Positions 1-7,048 of a stretch of DNA of 64,000 bases are shown piece by piece. The stretch is taken from positions 1 to 64,000 of IMG/VR virus record IMGVR_UViG_3300017917_002068, one strand, 5' to 3'. The position numbers and the translations under genes were made by a program. The stretch comes from a virus. The first letter of the stretch is position 1, and the number at the start of each line of letters is the position of its first letter. Below the pieces are notes generated by a model. That model did not search any database, was not told where the DNA came from, and worked only from the letters and a program-made list of their open reading frames with translations.

Positions 1-864
1 CTGTAGGCGGTTCGCCGCTTACGAAGAATAACTGTGGTGACACAGCCAACGGATGTATGCCTACATAAGTCCGCCAGCAATGGTTCATTTAAGCAAGCCG
101 GCTCACTAGGGCGACCTAGCGATCACTGATAAGACCGGTGGTTGTAACAGCAAAGCTGATGTATGGGAAAGAACGCAGTTCGACGTGCCGCAAGGAACAC
201 GGGACTGTGAAAAGTAACAGGTGGTGCTGACTTCCATACGAAACCAATCAGTTAGTTGGTATGAGAAAGGGTAGTGTTTGGTTCCGAGGGGTCGCTCCTA
301 AGGGGTCAAGCGCAATGTTAGTGGTTAGTGGTTCTGTTGTGAAACAGAGACATTGATCGCGAAACATCACTGAGTAGCTCGCGAGGCAAAAGGTACGTGG
401 TGTGTTGTATTCTGTATCTAACAAGATATAGAGCAACTGAGGCAGCACATCGCAGTAGGTTGATATAGGCTAATGGTAGGCCAATTCCCTGTTAAGGAAT
501 AGACTGTTGGTTCGACTCCAACTATCTTACAAAAATGCAAAGACTGCCTCGGTCATGTGTGAAAAGCATCTAACACTCAAGGCACAAGCTAATTGAGTTT
601 AGTGAAGCTCGCAAGGTAACACTAATTTGTGAATGGGGGTTCGTAACTGTTTAGCGACAGTGAATAGCTCGCAAGGCTAACGGAATGGATTTCACAGAGT
701 AGCACATGATGACAAGACTACTGCCTGTCTTTAAAAACGGCGATGCTGGTAACAGACTAGGATACCGCAAGGGTCTTAGTGGATGTCTAGAGAAGCTATA
801 CTCGCAAGGTGTAGTATAATGCTAGAGGTGTTACTGGCTTAGGGTGTAATCTCAACCTTAGGCA
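1..864 (+). ncRNA. Large highly structured ncRNA, GOLLD-like (5' end probably upstream of the window)
   Basis: About 860 nt with no credible ORF. Many GNRA-capped hairpins (recurrent CGCAAGG), long-range helices such as GAGGCAG 439-445/CTGCCTC 544-550, and a 3' hairpin. It abuts a phage tRNA array and contains a tRNA-like insert; both are reported features of GOLLD RNA. Confidence 0.7.
459..530 (+). ncRNA. tRNA-Asn(GTT)-like module embedded in the large ncRNA
   Basis: D arm GGCT/GGCC, anticodon arm ATTCC-CTGTTAA-GGAAT, T arm GTTGG-TTCGACT-CCAAC. Only 4 acceptor pairs (GATA/TATC) and no CCA. Confidence 0.75.
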
Positions 865-953
865 CTATTATAAAACACATTGTAGCGGGTTCGTAAGTAT
901 GAGTCGCATTCCAAAGAGTGCCCTTGAACTGAATATAGTGTGTTTCATAATAG
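865..953 (+). ncRNA. Small structured element closed by a 20-bp imperfect stem
   Basis: CTATTATAAAACACATTGTA pairs with TATAGTGTGTTTCATAATAG; inner hairpin GCATTC-CAAA-GAGTGC. Confidence 0.55.
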
Positions 954-961
954 AAAATTTG

Positions 962-1036
962 GCATCGATAGCTCAGCGGTAGAGCAACGCCCTTACAAGG
1001 CGAAGGTCCTAGGTTCGATCCCTTGTCGATGCACCA
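962..1036 (+). tRNA. tRNA-Val(TAC)
   Basis: Cloverleaf; acceptor GCATCGA/TCGATGC; anticodon loop CTTACAA; encoded CCA. Confidence 0.93.
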
Positions 1037-1042
1037 CACAGC

Positions 1043-1134
1043 ACCCCTGTAGTTTAATGGTAAAACAGCGGATTTATATCCCGTGTGCAACAGATAATTG
1101 GCCAATGTGGGTTCGACTCCCGCCGGGGGTACCA
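1043..1134 (+). tRNA. tRNA with TAT (Ile) anticodon and a 22-nt variable region
   Basis: Acceptor ACCCCTG/CGGGGGT; loop TTTATAT; variable region 1085-1106; T arm GTGGG-TTCGACT-CCCGC; ACCA end. Confidence 0.8.
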
Positions 1135-1141
1135 ATTAAAT

Positions 1142-1231
1142 GGAAGGTTGGCAGAGTCCGGTTTATTGCACCTGTCTTGAAAACAGACGATCCGAAAGGG
1201 TCCGTGAGTTCGAATCTCACACCTTCCACCA
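1142..1231 (+). tRNA. tRNA-Ser(TGA)
   Basis: Class II cloverleaf; loop CTTGAAA; long variable arm; CCA. Confidence 0.93.
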
Positions 1232-1237
1232 AATTAC

Positions 1238-1330
1238 GGAGAGTTGGCTGAGCGGCTGAAGGCAGCGGTTTGCTAAACCGTCGATCGTTTTATAAGCGGT
1301 CCGAGGGTTCGAATCCCTCACTCTCCACCA
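1238..1330 (+). tRNA. tRNA-Ser(GCT)
   Basis: Class II cloverleaf; loop TTGCTAA; CCA. Confidence 0.93.
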
Positions 1331-1361
1331 AGTACTAGAACTATATACAATACTATAAAGG

Positions 1362-1547
1362 ATGAATATGCTTAGACCTACAGCAAATTATAAAATGAGC
1401 AAGCCAACAAAAACTGGTTTAGCTCTACACAAGTTTAAAGATGCTCACTCTCGTGGGGCATGGAAACGTGCTATGATTCAAGCAGAGCTTAGTGCTGCAA
1501 TACAACCTAAACGTGAAAAATCTCGCAGAGAACCTGCAGGAGAGTAA
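1362..1547 (+). CDS. Small basic hypothetical protein (start may be the internal ATG at 1396)
   Basis: ORF track; fills the gap between tRNA genes; abuts the next ORF. Confidence 0.55.
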   Translation: MNMLRPTANYKMSKPTKTGLALHKFKDAHSRGAWKRAMIQAELSAAIQPKREKSRREPAGE

Positions 1548-1548
1548 T

Positions 1549-1734
1549 ATGGGAGACGGTGGCAAGGGTTCTAGACCGAGACCATTTAGTGTCAGCCAAG
1601 AAGAATTTGATAATAGATGGAATGTTATTTTTAATAAGAAGAAAAAAACAGACACAGAAAAGTTCGACGATTCTGTAATGAAGAATGAATATTATGATCA
1701 GGATATCGATCCCGAAAACCCTGATAAAGATTAA
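1549..1734 (+). CDS. Hypothetical protein (MGDGGKGSRPRP...)
   Basis: ATG at 1549 preceded by AGGAG; in frame with the 1492..1734 ORF. Confidence 0.65.
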   Translation: MGDGGKGSRPRPFSVSQEEFDNRWNVIFNKKKKTDTEKFDDSVMKNEYYDQDIDPENPDKD

Positions 1735-1735
1735 T

Positions 1736-1811
1736 GGGGGTATAGCTCAGATGGGAGAGCAGTAGCTTTGCAAGCTAAAGGTCGTCAGTTCGATCCTGAC
1801 TATCTCCACCA
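1736..1811 (+). tRNA. tRNA-Ala(TGC)
   Basis: G3:U70 pair; loop TTTGCAA; CCA. Confidence 0.93.
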
Positions 1812-1829
1812 AATATATAGAGGAAAAAT

Positions 1830-1997
1830 ATGTCAAAAACAAGTATGCTAACTAAAACAGGTAAGACTAGACTAGGTCCTCTGAGCCTAGCACAGTTAAA
1901 AGATCTTCTAGAAAAAACATCTAGAGCCAAAGATAAAGGCAAGATCATGAATCGCATCCGCGAACTAGAATCTCGAGTAAGTAAAACAGCTATTTGA
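1830..1997 (+). CDS. 55-aa hypothetical protein (MSKTSMLTKTGKTRLGPL...), not in the ORF track
   Basis: GAGG RBS; fills the gap between tRNA-Ala and tRNA-Thr exactly. Confidence 0.6.
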   Translation: MSKTSMLTKTGKTRLGPLSLAQLKDLLEKTSRAKDKGKIMNRIRELESRVSKTAI

Positions 1998-2006
1998 AAA
2001 TTTTAA

Positions 2007-2080
2007 GCCGCTTTAGTTAAATGGTATAACAGTTGCCTTGTAAGCATCAATCGTTGGTTCGATTCCATCAAGCGGCACCA
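2007..2080 (+). tRNA. tRNA-Thr(TGT)
   Basis: Acceptor GCCGCTT/AAGCGGC; loop CTTGTAA; CCA. Confidence 0.9.
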
Positions 2081-2087
2081 GATCAAT

Positions 2088-2162
2088 TCCAGTGTAGCAC
2101 AGCGGTAGTGCAGGTGACTGTTAATCACTTGGTCGTTGGTTCGATCCCAGCCACTGGAGCCA
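2088..2162 (+). tRNA. tRNA-Asn(GTT)
   Basis: Acceptor TCCAGTG/CACTGGA; loop CTGTTAA; GCCA end. Confidence 0.93.
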
Positions 2163-2187
2163 ATTTTGCTAGTTTCTTAAAACTAGC

Positions 2188-2431
2188 CGGAGAAGTAAAG
2201 GGTAGATGAGGATAGACACCGTGTGGCTTCATGCCGCATGACTTAATTCTGGCAAACAGTCTTGAAAACTGTTCGTACTTGTATGACCCAGTCTAAACTA
2301 TTCGACCTTGTGATTTGACAACTGGAAATACACAAGTCTCTGTGCCTTGTGCCTTGTGACTTGTTTAGAGAAACTTTACAGTATCTCGATTTGCATTTTG
2401 TCCGGTCTATTACTTGACCTTTTACTATCCG
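2188..2431 (+). ncRNA. Unassigned structured RNA of about 245 nt
   Basis: Terminal helix 2188-2203/2417-2431; ATAGAC/GTCTAT; hairpins CGTGTGGC-TTCAT-GCCGCATG and AACAGT-CTTGAAA-ACTGTT; no ORF. Confidence 0.55.
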
Positions 2432-2507
2432 TCATTATTTTGGTAAGATAGACGTTGTGTCTGTCTTGTTTTATTGTTATAATTAATCATTGAAAAAAGA
2501 GATACAA

Positions 2508-3080
2508 ATGAATATCACACTTCGCAAAGCAAACGCACTTCAAAACAGCATCAACGATACTATTAAAAGTATCAAGTTTGATACTGTGGTTAAAGTAAAT
2601 GAATTCCAAGATCCAGAAGCAGTTATCAAGACTGCTGAAGTTGAGTTCGCTCGCAACATGCAAAGACGCGACAGTCTTTATGCAGTTCTTTACGAAATTC
2701 GTAAATTAGTCGGCAGAGGCAATGATGCCTCTGGTATTAGCCAAAGACTAGCGGATGTTGCGCATCTAGAAAAACAAATCCAGTTTTTTGGCGACCTTGC
2801 CTCTAAGGAAGTTCGAGAGGATGGAAAAGTCATCGCTGGCAAATTGGATAAGATCCGTAATGAAAAAGGTGAGAGTCGTAGAACTATCTACGGTTACAAT
2901 GACGAAGTATCTACTTCTATCCTAGACAAAGAGGAAGTAGAAGGCTTTAAAAAATTAACAGTAGCCTCTAAGAAAAACAAACAGAAACTCCAAGATGAAA
3001 TTCTTGAGTTGAATGTTAGAACTGAAATCGAACTCAGCGAAAAAGCTGTAGCGATTTTAACATCTGAAGGCTTACTGTAA
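2508..3080 (+). CDS. Hypothetical helical/coiled-coil protein inside the tRNA island
   Basis: 190-aa ORF from ATG 2508; TGnTATAAT just upstream. Confidence 0.8.
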   Translation: MNITLRKANALQNSINDTIKSIKFDTVVKVNEFQDPEAVIKTAEVEFARNMQRRDSLYAVLYEIRKLVGRGNDASGISQRLADVAHLEKQIQFFGDLASKEVREDGKVIAGKLDKIRNEKGESRRTIYGYNDEVSTSILDKEEVEGFKKLTVASKKNKQKLQDEILELNVRTEIELSEKAVAILTSEGLL

Positions 3081-3082
3081 CA

Positions 3083-3278
3083 GACCCCGGTTACACTTTT
3101 CCGGAAGAAAGTGCGCCATTACCAAGCGATAGAAGGTACGGTGCGTAGGATCTACCGCAAGGCCCTCTTTAGGGGCGACTTGAGAAATCTTAGGTACGAA
3201 CTGTAACGGCACCAAAAGCAAAATACAGCGGACAGGGTAACAACTCAGTCTAGGGCGGGACGGGAACCGTGGCTAGAC
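3083..3278 (+). ncRNA. Structured RNA of about 195 nt with a 5' pseudoknot (manA-motif-like candidate)
   Basis: CCGG stem whose loop CACTTT pairs with downstream AAAGTG; GCCCTC-TTTA-GGGGC; 3' GTCTAG...CTAGAC hairpin. Size and tRNA-adjacent phage context fit the manA motif; the family name is unverified. Confidence 0.5.
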
Positions 3279-3366
3279 ACTTTATCGAAGTGCATTACAA
3301 AACATCGGCCAGTTTAAGGTGGACCTGGGTGCTAGCAAGAAAACCTTTAGTGTGCTTCAATAAAGT
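3279..3366 (+). ncRNA. Small structured element closed by a 19-bp imperfect stem (second copy of the 865-953 architecture)
   Basis: ACTTTATCGAAGTGCATTA pairs with TAGTGTGCTTCAATAAAGT. Confidence 0.55.
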
Positions 3367-3375
3367 AAGAACAAT

Positions 3376-3449
3376 CGCGGAATAGAGAAAAGGTATCTCG
3401 AGAGTCTCATAAGCTCTAGTTCTTGGTTCGATTCCAGGTTCCGCAACCA
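3376..3449 (+). tRNA. tRNA-Met(CAT), initiator-like
   Basis: C1xA72 mismatch; A11:U24; loop CTCATAA; CCA. Lacks the three G:C anticodon-stem pairs. Confidence 0.85.
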
Positions 3450-3454
3450 AACAT

Positions 3455-3530
3455 GCGGGAGTAGCTCAGTTGGTAGAGCACTTGCCTTCCAAGCAAGATG
3501 TCGCGAGTTCGAGACTCGTCTCCCGCTCCA
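3455..3530 (+). tRNA. tRNA-Gly(TCC)
   Basis: Cloverleaf; loop CTTCCAA; TCCA end. Confidence 0.95.
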
Positions 3531-3535
3531 AATAT

Positions 3536-3614
3536 CCGGGTGTAGCTTAGTCTGGCTTAAAGCGCCTGCTTTGGGAGCAGGAGATCGTGAGTTCGAATCC
3601 CACTTCCCGGACCA
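3536..3614 (+). tRNA. tRNA-Pro(TGG)
   Basis: Loop TTTGGGA; CCGGG/CCCGG acceptor; CCA. Confidence 0.9.
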
Positions 3615-3623
3615 AAAAAATTT

Positions 3624-3698
3624 ACCCCCGTCGTTCAATGGAGAGGACAGGAGTCTTCTAAACTCTAAATGGAGGTTCGATTCCTTCCGGGGGTGCCA
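3624..3698 (+). tRNA. tRNA-Arg(TCT)
   Basis: Loop CTTCTAA; ACCCCCG/CGGGGGT acceptor; CCA. Confidence 0.92.
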
Positions 3699-3705
3699 GA
3701 ATTAA

Positions 3706-3780
3706 CTCGCTATAGTTCAATGGACAGAACGAGTTCCTCCTAAGAACTAGATCCAGGTTCGATTCCTGGTGGCGAGGCCA
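3706..3780 (+). tRNA. tRNA-Arg(CCT)
   Basis: Loop CTCCTAA; CTCGCTA/TGGCGAG acceptor; CCA. Confidence 0.92.
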
Positions 3781-3783
3781 AGT

Positions 3784-4023
3784 TATTGATGGTGATGAAA
3801 GATCCGATCAACGACCGAAAGGCGATACCGAGCGGGTGGAACTGCAGAGTTGGTGCATCGTAGATACATCGTTGGCTGCAATATGATCCAAGGCTTTTTA
3901 CAGGGTGACTGGATTGCGTGGTAACGGATTCCATGTTGGGCTGGACCATAGAAGCAGGCGCTGTAATGCCTGGGCGGCCAGGAGCTTCGAGCTTAAACCA
4001 AAACTTCATTATTACTGTCAATA
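3784..4023 (+). ncRNA. Unassigned structured RNA of about 240 nt between two tRNAs
   Basis: About 15-bp terminal helix 3784-3798/4009-4023; internal CAACGA/TCGTTG, CC-GAAA-GG, GAAGC/GCTTC, CCTGG-GCGG-CCAGG; GC-rich and non-coding. Confidence 0.6.
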
Positions 4024-4026
4024 CTA

Positions 4027-4100
4027 GCCCAGGTAGCCGAATTGGTATAGGCACTACGTTGAGGTCGTAGGTTTTGTGAGTTCGAATCTCACCCTGGGTA
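4027..4100 (+). tRNA. tRNA-Leu(GAG) lacking the long variable arm; CCA not encoded
   Basis: Acceptor GCCCAGG/CCTGGGT; CTACG-TTGAGGT-CGTAG; 5-nt variable loop GTTTT; T arm GTGAG-TTCGAAT-CTCAC. Confidence 0.85.
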
Positions 4101-4113
4101 CAAAGGAGACAAT

Positions 4114-4272
4114 ATGAAACTTTGGGAAGCAACTATTAGAGATCCTGGTCCGGGCACTGAAGAACGCAAGGTTCGAATCGGTGCCGACTCAGCAGAAGAA
4201 GCTCGCAAGCTTCTGCAACAACTCTACGGCCCTAGATCTGTTCCTTATCTACCTAAACAAATTCCTCAATAA
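4114..4272 (+). CDS. 52-aa hypothetical protein (MKLWEATIRD...), not in the ORF track
   Basis: Strong RBS AAAGGAG; resembles the 58338..58523 product. Confidence 0.7.
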   Translation: MKLWEATIRDPGPGTEERKVRIGADSAEEARKLLQQLYGPRSVPYLPKQIPQ

Positions 4273-4286
4273 TTGATGTTATGTCA

Positions 4287-4315
4287 TTGACAACATTTGA
4301 TATTGGATATATAAT
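4287..4315 (+). promoter_or_regulatory. Sigma70-type promoter
   Basis: TTGACA-17 nt-TATAAT, perfect consensus; the next ATG is only 6 nt downstream (leaderless). Confidence 0.8.
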
Positions 4316-4321
4316 GTTGTA

Positions 4322-4540
4322 ATGTATAAAGTAGAATGGAAGGACACAGCGGGTAGAGGCTGTGTGGAAGAAGTAAAAGATCTATCAGCGGCAATATCAT
4401 TTGCCACAGAATTAGGAATACCGGTTACCATAAACGGTGGTGGTATGGAAATCGTAGGCGTGTTCGGCGCCGATTCAATAAACAACGGTCTGTTACCAAA
4501 CGGTGATAGATACAGTTGGTACAAACGTAGAAAGCCCTAA
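4322..4540 (+). CDS. Hypothetical protein
   Basis: ORF track; directly after a consensus promoter. Confidence 0.75.
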   Translation: MYKVEWKDTAGRGCVEEVKDLSAAISFATELGIPVTINGGGMEIVGVFGADSINNGLLPNGDRYSWYKRRKP

Positions 4541-4551
4541 AAGGAAAAATC

Positions 4552-5091
4552 ATGGCACCATGGATTCAAAACGTATCGCTCAGCGATGTTAAGAAAGGCC
4601 ATCATATTGATGCTGGCATTAATTCCATGCTGATCCAGATCGTTGATCCGGCTATGGAGTTTCCTACACCTAGTTATCAGTTTAAAGAAACTCATCAATT
4701 TGAGTTTCTCGATCTAGAAAAAAGTGACGACTGTATCAACGACGATTGGAAAATTTCCGACGCACAGGCTGAGCAACTTGTAGCCCTTCTACAACGAGCA
4801 TTTGAGAATCATATGAACGTTGTTGTTCATTGTGTAGCAGGTGTTTGTCGTTCGGGTGCTGTAGCAGAAGTTGGTGTGATGCTAGGTTTTCGCGATGCTG
4901 AGACTTTTCGCTCACCTAACCTGTTGGTCAAGCACAAGATGATGAAGTGCCTAGGTTGGACCTATGACGAGCAGGAGCCTCACACAATCAATGGGGTGGC
5001 TCTTGCTGAAGATTGGACTAACGATAACGAAAAAGTCTTTATGCTGGCTGCAGAACGCAGGGCACGTAGAGAACGTGAGGGCGACATTTAA
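4552..5091 (+). CDS. Cys-based (PTP/dual-specificity-like) phosphatase
   Basis: VHCVAGVCRS matches the HCX5RS motif. Confidence 0.8.
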   Translation: MAPWIQNVSLSDVKKGHHIDAGINSMLIQIVDPAMEFPTPSYQFKETHQFEFLDLEKSDDCINDDWKISDAQAEQLVALLQRAFENHMNVVVHCVAGVCRSGAVAEVGVMLGFRDAETFRSPNLLVKHKMMKCLGWTYDEQEPHTINGVALAEDWTNDNEKVFMLAAERRARREREGDI

Positions 5092-5109
5092 CTGTTGCGG
5101 TTTTACCAC

Positions 5110-5159
5110 AATGCCCTGTCAGTTTTAGAATTGACAGGGCATTCTTTTGAGTGTATAAT
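5110..5159 (+). promoter_or_regulatory. Sigma70 promoter with its -35 box inside a 12-bp inverted repeat
   Basis: TTGACA 5131-5136, TATAAT 5154-5159; inverted repeat AATGCCCTGTCA/TGACAGGGCATT. Confidence 0.75.
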
Positions 5160-5164
5160 ATATT

Positions 5165-5713
5165 ATGATGAGAACATTTATAACTAGCGACCTACACTTC
5201 GGACATAAGAACATAATGAAGTTCTGTCCGCAGACCCGAGGACACTACAAAGACACAGATGAAATGCGTGAAGATATGATACGCATTTGGAATAGTCAGG
5301 TGCAAGACGGAGATTTGATTTATATTTTGGGAGATGTGGCATTTCTACCTGCCGTGGATGCTGTTAAAATCATGCGCAGACTTATCGGTCGTAAAATACT
5401 TGTAGAAGGTAATCACGATCGCAAGCTGCTGAATGATCCGGCGTTCCGTGATTGTTTTGAAGAAATACACAAGTATCTTTGGATCAATTACGAAGGCACA
5501 CAGGTAGTGATGTTTCATTATCCCATTTGGGAATGGGATCAAATGCACAGAGGTTCAGTACATTTTCATGGTCATCTTCACGGTAACCCAAACGGTATGG
5601 AAAAGTACCGTGCTCGCGATGTAGGGTGTGATGCTACTGGACAGGTTGTTTGGTTAATGGAAGATGCTATCAAGGACGCTCTCAAGGGAGAGATTAGGGG
5701 TCATCATGTCTAG
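5165..5713 (+). CDS. Calcineurin-like metallophosphoesterase
   Basis: Motifs SDLHFGH, LGD, GNHD, HYP, HGHLH. Confidence 0.9.
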   Translation: MMRTFITSDLHFGHKNIMKFCPQTRGHYKDTDEMREDMIRIWNSQVQDGDLIYILGDVAFLPAVDAVKIMRRLIGRKILVEGNHDRKLLNDPAFRDCFEEIHKYLWINYEGTQVVMFHYPIWEWDQMHRGSVHFHGHLHGNPNGMEKYRARDVGCDATGQVVWLMEDAIKDALKGEIRGHHV

Positions 5714-6167
5714 AGTTTATGTGTTAGTCGGAGTGCCTGGTGCAGGAAAAAGTACTTGGGTTGAAAATCAACTGTGGGCCAAAGACTGTGTTTATATCAG
5801 TTCAGATCAATTAGTTGAAGAAGAAGCAACACGCCAAGGAAAGACCTACAACGATGTATTCAAAGATTATATCAACGAAGCTGTTTCCTTGATGTTAGAT
5901 CAAGTTATCGCTGCTCGTGAAGAAGGTAAGGATATCATCTGGGATCAAACTTCTGTAAGCATAAAAAGTCGAAAGAAAAAATTCTCGATGCTGCCCGACT
6001 ATGAACACATCGCTGTGGTATTTGATACACCGCCGGCCTGCGAATTAATGAATCGTTTAGCCAGCCGACCGGGGAAAAAAATTCCCTGGGAAGTTGTTAG
6101 TAGTATGATCAAAAATTTTGAAATGCCCTCTGAAGAGGAAGGCTTCAAGGAAATTTGGAGAACATAG
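5706..6167 (+). CDS. P-loop kinase, polynucleotide-kinase-like (AAA_33)
   Basis: GVPGAGKST Walker A, DQT and RxxxR lid; ATG 5706 overlaps the upstream stop. Confidence 0.85.
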   Translation: MSRVYVLVGVPGAGKSTWVENQLWAKDCVYISSDQLVEEEATRQGKTYNDVFKDYINEAVSLMLDQVIAAREEGKDIIWDQTSVSIKSRKKKFSMLPDYEHIAVVFDTPPACELMNRLASRPGKKIPWEVVSSMIKNFEMPSEEEGFKEIWRT

Positions 6168-7048
6168 TGTTCAAAGACGAATTAAAAAAATACATCGCTG
6201 AATCTGGACTAGTGAATATGAAGTCTGCCGGCGATGGAATCTTCGTTCTAAAATATAAGAAGAAAGTGTTCTACGATAACTTATGGAATGATTATATTGC
6301 AGAGTGTCGTGGTACTATTGTTGATTCTGATTTCGAATTAGTAAGTTATCCTTTTACTAAAATCTATAACTATGGTATCGAAAAGGCTGCACCAGTTCTT
6401 TCCGACGATGTTGCTGTAACCGCATTCCGTAAAGTTAATGGCTTCATGGTCGCTATCACTTGGCATAATAATGATCTTTTGATCTCTACTACCGGTAGTA
6501 CTGACAGTGATTTCGTTGCCATGGCTCGCGAAATGATCGATGAAGATCGTTACAAAGAAGTGCTGAGAAAATATGAAAGCCATACTTTCATGTTTGAATG
6601 CGTACATCCCAACGATCCTCATATCATTCCGGAGGAATTTGGCATGTATCTTTTAGGTTATCGTATCAAGTCCTGGAACAGTGCCGTAGAAACTGAAGAG
6701 ATCGAACGTATCGCTAAAGACCTAGGTTGCCGTGTTCCAGAAAAATACGAAACAACTATGGGCAAACTATTAGCATCAGTAAAGACTGTCAAACATGAAG
6801 GATATGTATTCTATACCAAAGACGGTGTAAGTGCCAAAATCAAATCACCATACTACTTGACCTCAAAGTGGGTCGCTCGCAATCCACGCACAGACAAATT
6901 AGTAGATTTAAATCGGGACATCAAGCACAACCTAGATGAAGAGTATTACCCGCTCGTAGATGCTATCCGTGCTAACATCGTTGAATACACAGCTATGGAC
7001 GAGCAGGCTCGCCTAGCATGGGTCCGTAACTATATGGAGGCTATATGA
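6155..7048 (+). CDS. RNA ligase 1 (T4 RnlA-like)
   Basis: ECRG, PFTKIYNYG, KVNG (motif I), FE, EGYV and KIK motifs. Confidence 0.85.
   Translation: MENIVFKDELKKYIAESGLVNMKSAGDGIFVLKYKKKVFYDNLWNDYIAECRGTIVDSDFELVSYPFTKIYNYGIEKAAPVLSDDVAVTAFRKVNGFMVAITWHNNDLLISTTGSTDSDFVAMAREMIDEDRYKEVLRKYESHTFMFECVHPNDPHIIPEEFGMYLLGYRIKSWNSAVETEEIERIAKDLGCRVPEKYETTMGKLLASVKTVKHEGYVFYTKDGVSAKIKSPYYLTSKWVARNPRTDKLVDLNRDIKHNLDEEYYPLVDAIRANIVEYTAMDEQARLAWVRNYMEAI

Noticed and set aside
1073-1079. Ochre suppressor (TTA) reading of the odd tRNA, or genome-wide stop-codon recoding
   Set aside because: The stem register centres TAT. TAA, TAG and TGA all end tightly packed genes, and long genes are uninterrupted in code 11.
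3784-4023. RNase P RNA or tmRNA identity (GATGAAAGATCCG resembles GAGGAAAGTCC)
   Set aside because: No convincing P4 pairing or conserved 3' motif, and no Ala acceptor stem or tag frame; left unassigned.
248-4132. ORF-track entries overlapping the RNA island (248..448, 839..1135, 940..1251, 3357..3638, 3740..4132)
   Set aside because: They are translations of tRNA/ncRNA sequence with no RBS or protein motifs.
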